64,000 nt of DNA from Candidatus Buchananbacteria bacterium RIFCSPHIGHO2_02_FULL_39_17 (GCA_001817425.1 MHII01000012.1:77-64076), one strand, 5' to 3'. Shown: positions 46,272 to 56,076, counted from the stretch's first letter. Notes: generated by a model from the sequence alone, not told the origin. Made by a program: numbers and translations.

Positions 46272-49007
46272 ATGAATAAAGAAGAAAGTAAAAAACAGAT
46301 TAAAAGGCTAGTGGAAAAATATCAAAATTTTACCCCAAGCCAAAAAAGAGAATGCAATGAATCAATGATTTGCAAAGATTTTGTTTTGCCTCTTTTTCAG
46401 GCGCTTGGCTGGGACGTTTATAATAATTTTGGCCACGAAGTGGCTTCGGAAGCGCAAATTTCAGGTAAAAGAGCCGATTATGCTTTTTATGTTAATGACG
46501 TGATAAAATTTTTTGTTGAAGCAAAAAAACCGTCGGTTGATTTACGGGAAGAAAAATTAGCCGAGCAGGCGGTATTTTATGCTTGGCACAAAAGCGTGCC
46601 TTGGGCAATATTGACGAATTTTGAAGTGATTAAAGTTTTTAACGCCGAATGGGACGAACCGGATGTGGAAAGAAGTCTAATTTTTGAAATCAATTACAAA
46701 GATTTTTTGCAAGACGAAAAATTGTGGTGGCTTTCCAAAGAATCAATGGAAAAAGGCGAGTTAGATCAATATGCGCAGGAAAATTTTAAAAAACCGAAAA
46801 GAGAACCAGTTGATAAGCAATTAGCTAACGATTTAGTCAGATGGCGGACAGCGTTATTTAGCGATCTTAGTCAATGGAATCGCGATAAAAATTTGGGTGA
46901 AAAAAATATTGCCAAGGCCGTCCAACAGTTATTGGACAGCTTTATTTTTATTCGCACGACTGAAGACAGAAAAATTGAAGGGGAACGGCTTCGGGAACTA
47001 GTCAGAAATTGGGAGGAAGAAAAAAAGACAATTAATTTAGGAGATGAGCTAAAAAAGTTATTCCAGCACTATAATGACGGTTATGATAGCAGATTATTTG
47101 AATTATCAGTCTGCGATAAATTGGAATATGAAGACAGCTTGTTTGCCGATGTAATCAAGCAACTATATAAAAATAAAAAAGGCATCCGTTATGATTTTGC
47201 GTCAATTAATGCTGATGTTTTAGGCAGTATTTACGAACAATATTTGGGACAAATTCAGGAAAGCGAAAAAAATAAAAGTAAAAGAAAATCTCAAGGGATT
47301 TATTATACGCCAAGATACATTGTTGATTATATTGTCAAAAATACTTTAGGCGAATTATTGAAAGGCAAGTCTGGCTTTGAGGCTTCAAAGATTAAAATAT
47401 TAGATCCGGCCTGCGGGTCAGGGTCATTTTTGATTAAAGCTTTTGAAGTTATAGATAATCATATTCAGAGAGAAAATAACCAGATAAACGCGCAAAAATT
47501 CACCAATTACGCCAGAAAGGTCGCGATTTTAACGGCAAATATCTATGGCGTTGACTTGGATGAAGAGGCCGTGGAAATTGCTCAATTAAATTTATTGCTA
47601 AAAGTTCTTGAACAAAGAGAGAAATTGCCAAATTTAGGACATAATATTGAAAACGGCAATTCTTTAATCTCTGGTGAACCAAAAGAATTGGAGAAATATT
47701 TTGGCAAGGGCTGGAAAGCCAAAAAGCCGTTTAACTGGGAAGAAAAATTTTCCGGTGTATTTAAGCAAGGCGGATTTGATGTGATTATTGGTAATCCGCC
47801 TTATATTGATTCGGAGGAGATGGTTAAAAATGATAAAAATTTTAGAATTTATTGCACTGAATTTTATGAAGGTGCTAAGGGGAATTGGGATATTTTTTGT
47901 ATATTTGTTGAAAAAGCATTAAACCTGTTGAGGGTAGGAGGTTATTTAGGAATGATTATTCCTAATAAGATACTATCTGCCGATTATGCTGATTCCGTTA
48001 GAAAAATGATAGAAGAATATTCAGTAGTTTCTATAAATGATTATTCAGGTATAAAAGTTTTTGGCGCCAGTGTCTATCCTATCGTTTTAATAATACAGAA
48101 ATTAAAACCTATACAAGATCATAAAATTATTGTCAATTCTTATACTATAGATAAGGAAGTTATTAAAATAGAGGATAGTAAAAAAATTAGTCAAACGATG
48201 CTGAAAGAATACAAAAATAGTTGGTCTCCTATATTTAATTATTCTGAGAATGAAAATTTTATTGATAGAATTACAAAAAGTAGTCAGAGATTAAAAGAAA
48301 TTTGTGATATTCACGGTGCCGCTACAGTAAATGAGGCCTATGAATTAAAAAAGATAGTCAAAAATTTAAAAGATGAAGATAAAGATGAATACTTTAAATT
48401 TATTAACACTGGAACTATTGATAGATATACCTCTCTGTGGGATCACCAAAAAACCCAATATATCAAAGCAAGCTATCTTAGGCCAGTAGTTATAAAGAAA
48501 AAATTACGTGAATTATTGCCTAACAGATATTTAGATTCAACAAAAAGTAAATTGATTGTAGCTGGTATGACAAAAAAGATGGAGTGTTTTTTTGACGAGC
48601 GTGGAGAATATTTAGCAGGTAAATCCACTACAATAATCGAAAACAATAAATTAGATCTTAAATTTATTTTAGCATTATTAAATAGTAAGTTGTTGACATT
48701 TATTTTTAAAAATATTTTTAAATCGCTATCTTTGCAAGGAGGGTATCTAAGGATAGGCGCCCCTCAAATTAAAGAGTTGCCAGTCATTATGGCGAATAAA
48801 AATGAAATGTCGGTAATTATAAAATTAACTGATAAAATTTTCATTTTAAACAAAAAATTTCAAACAATAGACCCTATTTTATACAAGGAAGAATATGAAG
48901 AAAAGAAAAAAGAAATTGAAAAAACCGACCGAGAAATTGACCAAAAAGTTTATGAGCTTTACGGCTTGATGGCGGAGGAGATTAAGATCGTGGAAGGAAA
49001 AAAATAA
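46272..49007 (+). CDS. MmeI-family type IIL/IIG restriction-modification enzyme (PD-ExK nuclease, gamma-class N6-adenine methyltransferase and TRD fused)
   Basis: The N-terminus ADYAFY...FVEAKKP gives a D-X10-E-X-K nuclease motif. Methyltransferase motif I is DPACGSGSFL and motif IV is GNPPY. Length is 911 aa; MmeI is about 919. The C-terminal half (~47850-48900) is visibly more AT-rich than the N-terminal half. Confidence 0.75.
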   Translation: MNKEESKKQIKRLVEKYQNFTPSQKRECNESMICKDFVLPLFQALGWDVYNNFGHEVASEAQISGKRADYAFYVNDVIKFFVEAKKPSVDLREEKLAEQAVFYAWHKSVPWAILTNFEVIKVFNAEWDEPDVERSLIFEINYKDFLQDEKLWWLSKESMEKGELDQYAQENFKKPKREPVDKQLANDLVRWRTALFSDLSQWNRDKNLGEKNIAKAVQQLLDSFIFIRTTEDRKIEGERLRELVRNWEEEKKTINLGDELKKLFQHYNDGYDSRLFELSVCDKLEYEDSLFADVIKQLYKNKKGIRYDFASINADVLGSIYEQYLGQIQESEKNKSKRKSQGIYYTPRYIVDYIVKNTLGELLKGKSGFEASKIKILDPACGSGSFLIKAFEVIDNHIQRENNQINAQKFTNYARKVAILTANIYGVDLDEEAVEIAQLNLLLKVLEQREKLPNLGHNIENGNSLISGEPKELEKYFGKGWKAKKPFNWEEKFSGVFKQGGFDVIIGNPPYIDSEEMVKNDKNFRIYCTEFYEGAKGNWDIFCIFVEKALNLLRVGGYLGMIIPNKILSADYADSVRKMIEEYSVVSINDYSGIKVFGASVYPIVLIIQKLKPIQDHKIIVNSYTIDKEVIKIEDSKKISQTMLKEYKNSWSPIFNYSENENFIDRITKSSQRLKEICDIHGAATVNEAYELKKIVKNLKDEDKDEYFKFINTGTIDRYTSLWDHQKTQYIKASYLRPVVIKKKLRELLPNRYLDSTKSKLIVAGMTKKMECFFDERGEYLAGKSTTIIENNKLDLKFILALLNSKLLTFIFKNIFKSLSLQGGYLRIGAPQIKELPVIMANKNEMSVIIKLTDKIFILNKKFQTIDPILYKEEYEEKKKEIEKTDREIDQKVYELYGLMAEEIKIVEGKK

Positions 49008-49011
49008 AAAT

Positions 49012-49554
49012 ATGAAACCGCAGGAAAACAATTTTGCTTATATTGACGGAGCCAATTTGCATAATGCTATTAAAGAATTAGGCTGGCAGCTCGACTATGT
49101 CAGGTTTAGAATTTGGCTTTCCGAAAAGTACGGTGTGAAAAGGGTTTACATTTTTATTGGTCTCATTGCTAAATATAAGGATTTATATACTTATTTACAG
49201 GAATCAGGTTTTACCCTTATCTTTAAAGAAGTAGTGTATGACGGCGGTGGGAAACCAAAAGGGAATTGTGACGCTGATTTAGTATTGCAGGCGGCGCGTG
49301 ATACTTATGAAAATAATTTTGAAAAGGTAATTATTGTCGCCAGTGATGGTGATTATGCTAGCTTAGTAAAGTTTTTATTAGAAAAATGGAAAATTTTAGC
49401 CTTGTTGTCGCCGAGTGAGGAAAAGAAATGCTCAATCCTTTTAAAAAGAACGGGAGTTAAAATCGCTTACCTTAAAGATCAGCAATCTATTTTAAGTTAT
49501 GGAAAAGAAAAAGCCCCCGGTAGGGACGGAACCCCACAAGGGTCTTTTTCGTAA
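49012..49554 (+). CDS. NYN-domain (LabA-like) nuclease
   Basis: YIDGANL, DADLV and ASDGDY acidic motifs in NYN order. 180 aa. Confidence 0.65.
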   Translation: MKPQENNFAYIDGANLHNAIKELGWQLDYVRFRIWLSEKYGVKRVYIFIGLIAKYKDLYTYLQESGFTLIFKEVVYDGGGKPKGNCDADLVLQAARDTYENNFEKVIIVASDGDYASLVKFLLEKWKILALLSPSEEKKCSILLKRTGVKIAYLKDQQSILSYGKEKAPGRDGTPQGSFS

Positions 49555-49596
49555 TGATTAATTATAGTATATCACATTTAAAATATTTGTCAAGGT

Positions 49597-51111
49597 ATGA
49601 ATTTCACGGGTAGAAAAGTGACGGTCATGGGTTTAGGGCTCCACGGTGGTGGAGTCTCTTGCGCTAACTGGCTGATAAAGCACGGCGCTAAAGTGACGGT
49701 GACTGATTTGAAAACCAAAGAAGAGCTTAAGCCATCTTTAGATAAGTTAGCGATCAAACGATCAAGCGATCAAACGATCAAGTTAGTGCTTGGATATCAC
49801 CGTGAAAATGATTTTAGAAATGCTGATCTAATTGTTCAAAACCCGGGTGTGCCAAGGGAATCAAAATATTTGGCAATTGCCAAAAAATCTGGCGTGCCAA
49901 TTGAAAATGAAGCCAGCCTTTTTTTTAAATATTGTCCGGCAAAAATTATCGGCGTCACAGGAACGCGTGGCAAATCAACCACGTCAAGCTTAATTTATCA
50001 ACTTCTAAAAGTTAAAAGCTATCCCGACGTAAAGTCGGGATCCCGACCGAAGCGTCGGGACAAACTACAAGCTCGTAAAGTCTGGCTGGCCGGACTGCCC
50101 CAAAAGCCGATGTTAGAAATTTTAGATCAAATTAAGCCTAATGATTTGGTGGTTTTAGAGCTTTCCAGCTGGCAATTAGAAATTTTAGGCGAACAAAAAT
50201 TAAGTCCGCAAATCGCGGTTCTGACTAATATTTATCCCGATCATTTAAATCGCTATTTGGGTATGGCTGATTACGTTAAAGCTAAAATCAACATTTTTCA
50301 GTGGCAAAATAAAAATGATTTTGTCGTTTTGAATTTAGATAATTTTGAAACAAAAAAACTTGGCGGAAAAGTCAGGGCCAAAAGATTTTTGTTTTCCAAA
50401 AAATATTTTGCCGAACAAAACGGCAGCTTTATTAAAAATAAACAAATTTTTTTCCGAAAAGACGGCAAAACTTACAAACTTACTAACTTATCAACTTATA
50501 AACTTATTGGCGAGCACAATTTAGAAAATTTTTTGGCCGCGATCACGGTTGCCGGAATTTTTGGTGTTAAACCAAAAGAAATAACGGCGGCTTTGAATAA
50601 GTTTAAGGGTTTGCCGGGGCGAATTGAGTTAATCAGGGAAAAAAACGGCGTAAAATATATTAATGACACAACCGCGACCACGCCTGATGCCACCATGGCC
50701 GCTCTAAAAATATTTTTAGAGCGGCAAATCCCAAATTCTAAATCCCAAACCCTAAGTAAATTCAAAATTCAAAATTCAAGATTCAAAATTATTCTGATAG
50801 CTGGAGGAGCGTCAAAAAATATTCCTATTCAAAAATATCAAGAGTTAGCCGCAATGATAAAAAAAACTTGTAAGGCCGTGATTCTATTTGAGGGGGAAGG
50901 GAGCGATCAGATGGCCAAAGATTTAAAGGCCATAAAATTTAGAGAATTAGTGACCAATGTTTTAGGGATGTCTTCAGCGGTTGGCATTGCTAATAATTTT
51001 TCGCAAACAGGCGATATCATTTTACTCTCTCCGTCTTCAGCTTCGTTTGGTTTGTTTATTAATGAATTTGATCAGGGTGATCAATTTAATAAGATAGTTT
51101 CTGATATTTAA
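49597..51111 (+). CDS. murD: UDP-N-acetylmuramoylalanine--D-glutamate ligase
   Basis: KVTVMGLGLHGGGVSCANWL, the P-loop GVTGTRGKSTTSSL, and the Mur ligase C-domain. Three in-frame repeat insertions: 49745-49778, 50011-50071 and 50757-50793. Confidence 0.85.
   Translation: MNFTGRKVTVMGLGLHGGGVSCANWLIKHGAKVTVTDLKTKEELKPSLDKLAIKRSSDQTIKLVLGYHRENDFRNADLIVQNPGVPRESKYLAIAKKSGVPIENEASLFFKYCPAKIIGVTGTRGKSTTSSLIYQLLKVKSYPDVKSGSRPKRRDKLQARKVWLAGLPQKPMLEILDQIKPNDLVVLELSSWQLEILGEQKLSPQIAVLTNIYPDHLNRYLGMADYVKAKINIFQWQNKNDFVVLNLDNFETKKLGGKVRAKRFLFSKKYFAEQNGSFIKNKQIFFRKDGKTYKLTNLSTYKLIGEHNLENFLAAITVAGIFGVKPKEITAALNKFKGLPGRIELIREKNGVKYINDTTATTPDATMAALKIFLERQIPNSKSQTLSKFKIQNSRFKIILIAGGASKNIPIQKYQELAAMIKKTCKAVILFEGEGSDQMAKDLKAIKFRELVTNVLGMSSAVGIANNFSQTGDIILLSPSSASFGLFINEFDQGDQFNKIVSDI
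50011..50071. mobile_element. GC-rich double-hairpin element, family 1, inserted in frame in murD
   Basis: aaaagctatcccgacgtaaagtcgggatcccgaccgaagcgtcgggacaaactacaagct has two hairpins sharing the tcccgac/gtcggga stem and ctacaagct at its edges. It encodes KSYPDVKSGSRPKRRDKLQA, which is absent from canonical MurD. Confidence 0.7.
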
Positions 51112-51172
51112 GGCAAATTAATTATGATGTTTAATTCTAAATTATTGATTTTTAATTTTTAATTTTGAAACA

Positions 51173-52348
51173 ATGAATCGTCTTTTATTAGTTAGAAGAA
51201 AATTTAACCGCCGAAAAAATTTTAATCCATTTTCCAAGATTAAAATACGAAATTTTATCGGCAAGCCGGACTTAGTGCTGTTAGGAACTATTTTTGTTAT
51301 TTTAATTTTTGGTCTAGTAATGCTGACTTCCGCTTCAAGTATTAAATCTTATCGCGAATTCAACAGCACTTATTATTTATTTTTTCACCAAATCATTTTT
51401 GGTCTTTTGCCCGGCACGATTTTATTTTTTTGGTTGAGTCGCGTCTCGTATCACTTGTGGGAAAAATATTCTGTTTTGTTTTTTATTTTGAGCCTGATTA
51501 TTTTAGGTTTAGTTTTTATTCCTGGTTTAAGTTTAGAAATTGGGGAAACGAAAAGTTGGCTAAAAATTTTTGGCGCTTCAGTTCAGCCGTCAGAAATCAT
51601 TAAACTCTTTTTGATTTTATCGCTTGCTGGCTGGTTTTCCTATCGTGGTCGGGAAAAAAATCAGGACTTTTGGAATGGTTTGATACCTTTTGTTTTTATT
51701 TTAGGTCTGATTTCTTTACCCATCGCTTTACAGCCGGATTTAGGCACTTTGGTTGTCGTGGCCGTTATCGCTTTAAGCATTTATTTTGTTGCTGGTGCTA
51801 AAATTAGCCATCTGCTTGGTTTAGCGGCGGTTGGCCTTGGCCTTTTTGGTATTTTGATCTTTCAAACGCCTTATCGGGCCGAGAGATTAATGACTTTTTT
51901 AAATCCGGAACTTGATCCGCAGGGGATTGGTTACCAAATTAATCAAGCTTTACTCGCGGTTGGTTCTGGCGGTTTTTTTGGTTTAGGCTTTGGCCAATCA
52001 CGGCAAAAATTCGCCTATTTGCCCGAAGTCATTGGTGATTCAATTTTTGCGATTATTGCTGAAGAACTTGGTTTTATTATCAGCCTTAGTTTGATTTTTT
52101 TACTGGTTTTTTTTGCTTATCGGGGCCTTAAGTTGGCGCGGGGAATTAATGATGAATATGGTAAATTAATTGTCACCGGCATAATTGCCTGGTTTATTTT
52201 TCAATCTTTTTTTAACATCGCCGTGATGATTGGTTTAATGCCTTTAACCGGCATTCCGTTGCCATTTGTCAGTTATGGCGGTACGGCTTTAGCCACGCTT
52301 TTGGCGGCAACCGGAATTTTAGCTAATATTTCGCGGCAGGCCTCTTAA
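51173..52348 (+). CDS. ftsW: Cell division protein FtsW (SEDS family)
   Basis: 10-TM SEDS pattern. The conserved GIPLPFVSYGGTA region near the C-terminus. Confidence 0.85.
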   Translation: MNRLLLVRRKFNRRKNFNPFSKIKIRNFIGKPDLVLLGTIFVILIFGLVMLTSASSIKSYREFNSTYYLFFHQIIFGLLPGTILFFWLSRVSYHLWEKYSVLFFILSLIILGLVFIPGLSLEIGETKSWLKIFGASVQPSEIIKLFLILSLAGWFSYRGREKNQDFWNGLIPFVFILGLISLPIALQPDLGTLVVVAVIALSIYFVAGAKISHLLGLAAVGLGLFGILIFQTPYRAERLMTFLNPELDPQGIGYQINQALLAVGSGGFFGLGFGQSRQKFAYLPEVIGDSIFAIIAEELGFIISLSLIFLLVFFAYRGLKLARGINDEYGKLIVTGIIAWFIFQSFFNIAVMIGLMPLTGIPLPFVSYGGTALATLLAATGILANISRQAS

Positions 52349-52389
52349 TTAATCTTGATTTTTTCTCTCAAATTTGCTATTTTTAAAGC

Positions 52390-53442
52390 ATGAAAATTGT
52401 ATTTTCCGGGGGTGGCACCTTAGGTTCAGTCAGCCCCTTAATTGCTATTTTTCAAGAATTTAAAAAACAGCGGCCCGACGCTGAATTTTTGTGGCTTGCC
52501 ACGAGAAATGGTCCGGAGCAAAATTTAATCACCAGCTATGGCATACCCTTGAAAAAGATTTTTGCTGGAAAATTCCGCCGTTATTTTAGCTGGGAAAATT
52601 TTTTTAATCCGATTTTTGTTATTTTAGGTTTTTTTCAGGCATTTTTTATTTTGTTTAAATTTAAACCAGAGGCGGTCATTGCCGCCGGCGGCTTTATCGC
52701 TGTGCCCGTGGCTTTTGCCGCTTGGCTTTTGAAAAAACCAGTTTTCATCCACCAACAAGATATTGTCGCCGGTTTGGCCAATCGGCTAATGGCGCCGTGG
52801 GCAAAAAAAATAACGGTTACTTTTGAAAAATCATTGAAGGATTTTTCTAGCCAGAAAACGGTTTTAACCGGTAATCCAGTCAGAAATGATTTAGTGGCGC
52901 TAGATCGGAAGACTTCATGTGAGTTTTTTAAATTTGATCCCAATCTGCCGGTGGTTTTAATTATTGGCGGCAGCACGGGCGCTTTAAATTTGAATAATCT
53001 AGTTTTAGCCAGCATTAGTCAGTTAGTTGAATTTTGCCAAGTGATTCATTTAACTGGCGGTAAAATCAGTCAGCAATTTAAACATCCGCGCTATCAAGCT
53101 TTTGATTTTTTAACTCAAGATTTGAAGCAAGTTTATGCCGCCTGTGATTTAGTGGTGAGCCGAGGCGGAATGTCAGTCTTAACGGAGTTAGCCTATTTAA
53201 AAAAATCGGCCATTATTATCCCGATTTCTCAAAGTCACCAAGAAAATAATGCAATTGAATTTTTTCGCAATAATGCCGCTTTATTTTTGGCCGAAAAAAA
53301 TTTAACGCCTCAGAATTTTATTTCAGCTGTTAAGGAGGTAATTGGTAATCAGTCACTTTTAAGTAATTTAAGCCGGAATATTGGTAAAATGATGCCGACA
53401 GATGCAGCGACCAACATTGTCCGTTTAATTTTAAGTTTATAA
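52390..53442 (+). CDS. murG: Undecaprenyldiphospho-muramoylpentapeptide beta-N-acetylglucosaminyltransferase
   Basis: MKIVFSGGGTLGSVSPLIAI and a GT28 C-domain containing GGSTGA. Confidence 0.85.
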   Translation: MKIVFSGGGTLGSVSPLIAIFQEFKKQRPDAEFLWLATRNGPEQNLITSYGIPLKKIFAGKFRRYFSWENFFNPIFVILGFFQAFFILFKFKPEAVIAAGGFIAVPVAFAAWLLKKPVFIHQQDIVAGLANRLMAPWAKKITVTFEKSLKDFSSQKTVLTGNPVRNDLVALDRKTSCEFFKFDPNLPVVLIIGGSTGALNLNNLVLASISQLVEFCQVIHLTGGKISQQFKHPRYQAFDFLTQDLKQVYAACDLVVSRGGMSVLTELAYLKKSAIIIPISQSHQENNAIEFFRNNAALFLAEKNLTPQNFISAVKEVIGNQSLLSNLSRNIGKMMPTDAATNIVRLILSL

Positions 53443-53628
53443 TCAAATTAAACGGGAAGAAATAGAAGATAACTAAAATAGATTAAAAAATTCCAAATTC
53501 TAAATCCTAAATTATAAATAATATTAAAATTCAAATTTACAAATTTAAAAAAGTTTTATTCGTTTGGATTTTAGTTATTGGGATTTATTTAGGATTTAGT
53601 GCTTAGAATTTAGGATTTATCTTTATTT
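53443..53628. repeat. AT-rich palindromic element (ctaaatcc-unit inverted repeats) upstream of the patatin gene
   Basis: aattctaaatcctaaa...tttaggatttagtgcttagaatttaggattta. Shares its 3' ~30 bp with the element at 54538-54678. Both end ~5 bp before an ATG. Confidence 0.7.
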
Positions 53629-54537
53629 ATGTCTGACGACCAGTTAAAGAATAATAATTTAAAGCAAGAAAATATTCAAATTAAGAGAAAAACAGTCGGT
53701 TTAGCCGTTGGCGGCGGGTTTATCCGTTCAACGGCGGCCATTGGCGCCATTGAGGTCTTGCAGGAAAATAATATTCCGATTGATTTGGTTTCTGGTTGCA
53801 GTTCCGGGGCGGCGGTGGCCAGCGCCTATGCCGCTGGGACTCTAAGGCAATTTAAAGAGAGATTAATCCGCGGTCCGCGGCGAGAATATTGGCGAATTAT
53901 TTTTGAGCCAACCGTTCCGAAAGAGGGCTTACTGAAGGGAGAGCGCAATCGTAGATTTTTTGAAGAATTTGTCGGCGATAAAAATTTTTCTGATTTGCAA
54001 AAAAAGCTTTTAATTTTGACTACGGATTTAATCAGTATGAAAGAGGTGGTAGTTGATTCCGGACGAGTCGGACGGGCGATTCAGGCCGCGACTTCGGTTC
54101 CCGGAGTTTTTGTTCCAGTGAAGGATGGTAGTCGAATTTTAGTTGATGGCGGTAATTTTAATATTATCCCCTCAAAAATTTTATATCAAAAAGGCGTTGA
54201 TTATGTAATTGCCATTCATACGGCCCAACTGCCAAATCTAATTACTCGTTTTTTGTCAAACTTTAAACATCTTCATAAAAGAGACCAGATAATTGAACAG
54301 AAAAAAATTAAAAATCTGGATTTAAATATTTTGCAAATTGTTTTGCGAGCTGTAAAAATTTCCAGTGGTCAAATTAAGAATTTTTATTATTCAAATTTTC
54401 CTTACGATGCCTTGATTATTCCAGATATCACCGGGATAAAGCGCTGGCATATTGGCCGAGTCAACTATTTAGTTAATCAGGGTCGGAAAGCGGCTGAAGC
54501 GATGCTGCCGAAAATAAAAAGCGATTTAGGATTATAA
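53629..54537 (+). CDS. Patatin-like phospholipase
   Basis: Oxyanion GGGFIRS, nucleophile GCSSG (GxSxG), and the catalytic Asp in VDGGN. Confidence 0.8.
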   Translation: MSDDQLKNNNLKQENIQIKRKTVGLAVGGGFIRSTAAIGAIEVLQENNIPIDLVSGCSSGAAVASAYAAGTLRQFKERLIRGPRREYWRIIFEPTVPKEGLLKGERNRRFFEEFVGDKNFSDLQKKLLILTTDLISMKEVVVDSGRVGRAIQAATSVPGVFVPVKDGSRILVDGGNFNIIPSKILYQKGVDYVIAIHTAQLPNLITRFLSNFKHLHKRDQIIEQKKIKNLDLNILQIVLRAVKISSGQIKNFYYSNFPYDALIIPDITGIKRWHIGRVNYLVNQGRKAAEAMLPKIKSDLGL

Positions 54538-54678
54538 CTTAAAATTCTAAATTCTAAATCCGAAATCCTAAACAAATTCCAAATTCTAAACTCCAATTTT
54601 TTAAACAGTTTGTAATTTGTGATTTTGGATATTGTGATTTACTTAGAATTTAGTGCTTAGAATTTAGGATTTAATATT
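54538..54678. repeat. AT-rich palindromic element upstream of murC, paralogous to 53443-53628
   Basis: aaattctaaattctaaatccgaaatcctaaa...cttagaatttagtgcttagaatttaggattta. Confidence 0.7.
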
Positions 54679-56076
54679 ATGTTTGTTGATTTGGCAAAAA
54701 TTAAAAGGATCTATTTTATTGGTATTAAAGGGGTGGCAATGACTGGTTTGGCGGTGATTTGCCAAAAAATGGGTAAAGAAATTTTTGGTTCTGATGTGGC
54801 AGAAAAATTTATTACGGATAAAATTTTAGAAAAAAATCAGATTAAATCTTTTGAAAATTTTTCGATAACTAATTTAAATTGCCAGCCGGATTTAGTGGTT
54901 TTGGGCACATCTTTTAGTGATGAAAACCCTGAAGTGATTGAGGCAAAAAAGAGGAAAATAAAAATAATTTTTGATTCAGAGCTTCGGGGGCTATTAAGCC
55001 AAAAAAAAGAAACTATTGCGGTTGCGGGCATTCACGGCAAGACAACGACTACCGCCATGCTGGCTTATTTATTTTCAAAAGCCGGACTAAAACCGAGTTA
55101 TTTAATTGGTACCGGCGCGGTGCCTGATTTAGGCGGCAATTCAGATTGGGGGGTGGGGGATTATTTTATTGTTGAGGGCGATGAATATAGCCGAAGCAAA
55201 TACGATACAACGCCGAAATTTTTAGACTTGGAGCCAAAAATCAGCGTGATTACTAATATTGAATGGGAGCATGTTGATATTTATCCTGATTTGTCAGCAG
55301 TTGAAAAAGCTTTCACCGCCTTAGTTGAAAAAACTAAAGATTTAATTGTTGTCTGCGGCGATTGGCCTTCAGTCAAAAAAATTATTAAAAATAGCGATAA
55401 AAAAGTTGTGACTTATGGCTTGGGGGCGGATAATCTCTGGCAAGCGTTTGATCTTAAGCAACAATCTGACGGCACAATTTTTAAAATTAGAAAAGAAGGC
55501 GTTCGCTTAGGGGAGTTTAAAATTAAACTTTTTGGAGAGCATAATGCTTTAAACGCTCTTTCAGCCATTATTGTTGGTTTAGAGTTGGGCCTAGAGTTAG
55601 AACAAATTAAGCAGATTTTGAAAGATTTTTCCGGAGCGGAAAGGCGTTTTGATGTTTTAGAAAATAAGGGTGTCATTTTCGTTGATGATTATGGTCATCA
55701 CCCAAGTGAAATAAAAACCACGCTTAAAGCCGTTCGCCAACGTTATCCTAAAAATCAAATTTGGTGCGTATTTCAGCCCCACATGGCATCACGAACAAAA
55801 GCATTCTTAGCTGAATTCGCCCGGAGTTTTAGCGAAGTTGATCAAGTGATTTTTGCTGATATTTTTGCTTCAGCCAGAGAAAAATCTTTAGCGATTACGG
55901 CCAGAGATTTAACCAATGAAACCAAAAAATACCAGACTTCAGCGATTTACGGCGGCAGTTTGGATGAAATTACCAAATATTTAAAAAATAATTTAAAGCC
56001 GGGAATGATTTTAGTCACCATGGGCGCGGGGGATGTGTATAAAATTAGAGATAAACTAATTAATTTTAAATTTTGA
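54679..56076 (+). CDS. murC: UDP-N-acetylmuramate--L-alanine ligase
   Basis: IYFIGIKGVAMTGLAV, the P-loop GIHGKTTTTAMLA, and the DDYGHHP region. Confidence 0.9.
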   Translation: MFVDLAKIKRIYFIGIKGVAMTGLAVICQKMGKEIFGSDVAEKFITDKILEKNQIKSFENFSITNLNCQPDLVVLGTSFSDENPEVIEAKKRKIKIIFDSELRGLLSQKKETIAVAGIHGKTTTTAMLAYLFSKAGLKPSYLIGTGAVPDLGGNSDWGVGDYFIVEGDEYSRSKYDTTPKFLDLEPKISVITNIEWEHVDIYPDLSAVEKAFTALVEKTKDLIVVCGDWPSVKKIIKNSDKKVVTYGLGADNLWQAFDLKQQSDGTIFKIRKEGVRLGEFKIKLFGEHNALNALSAIIVGLELGLELEQIKQILKDFSGAERRFDVLENKGVIFVDDYGHHPSEIKTTLKAVRQRYPKNQIWCVFQPHMASRTKAFLAEFARSFSEVDQVIFADIFASAREKSLAITARDLTNETKKYQTSAIYGGSLDEITKYLKNNLKPGMILVTMGAGDVYKIRDKLINFKF

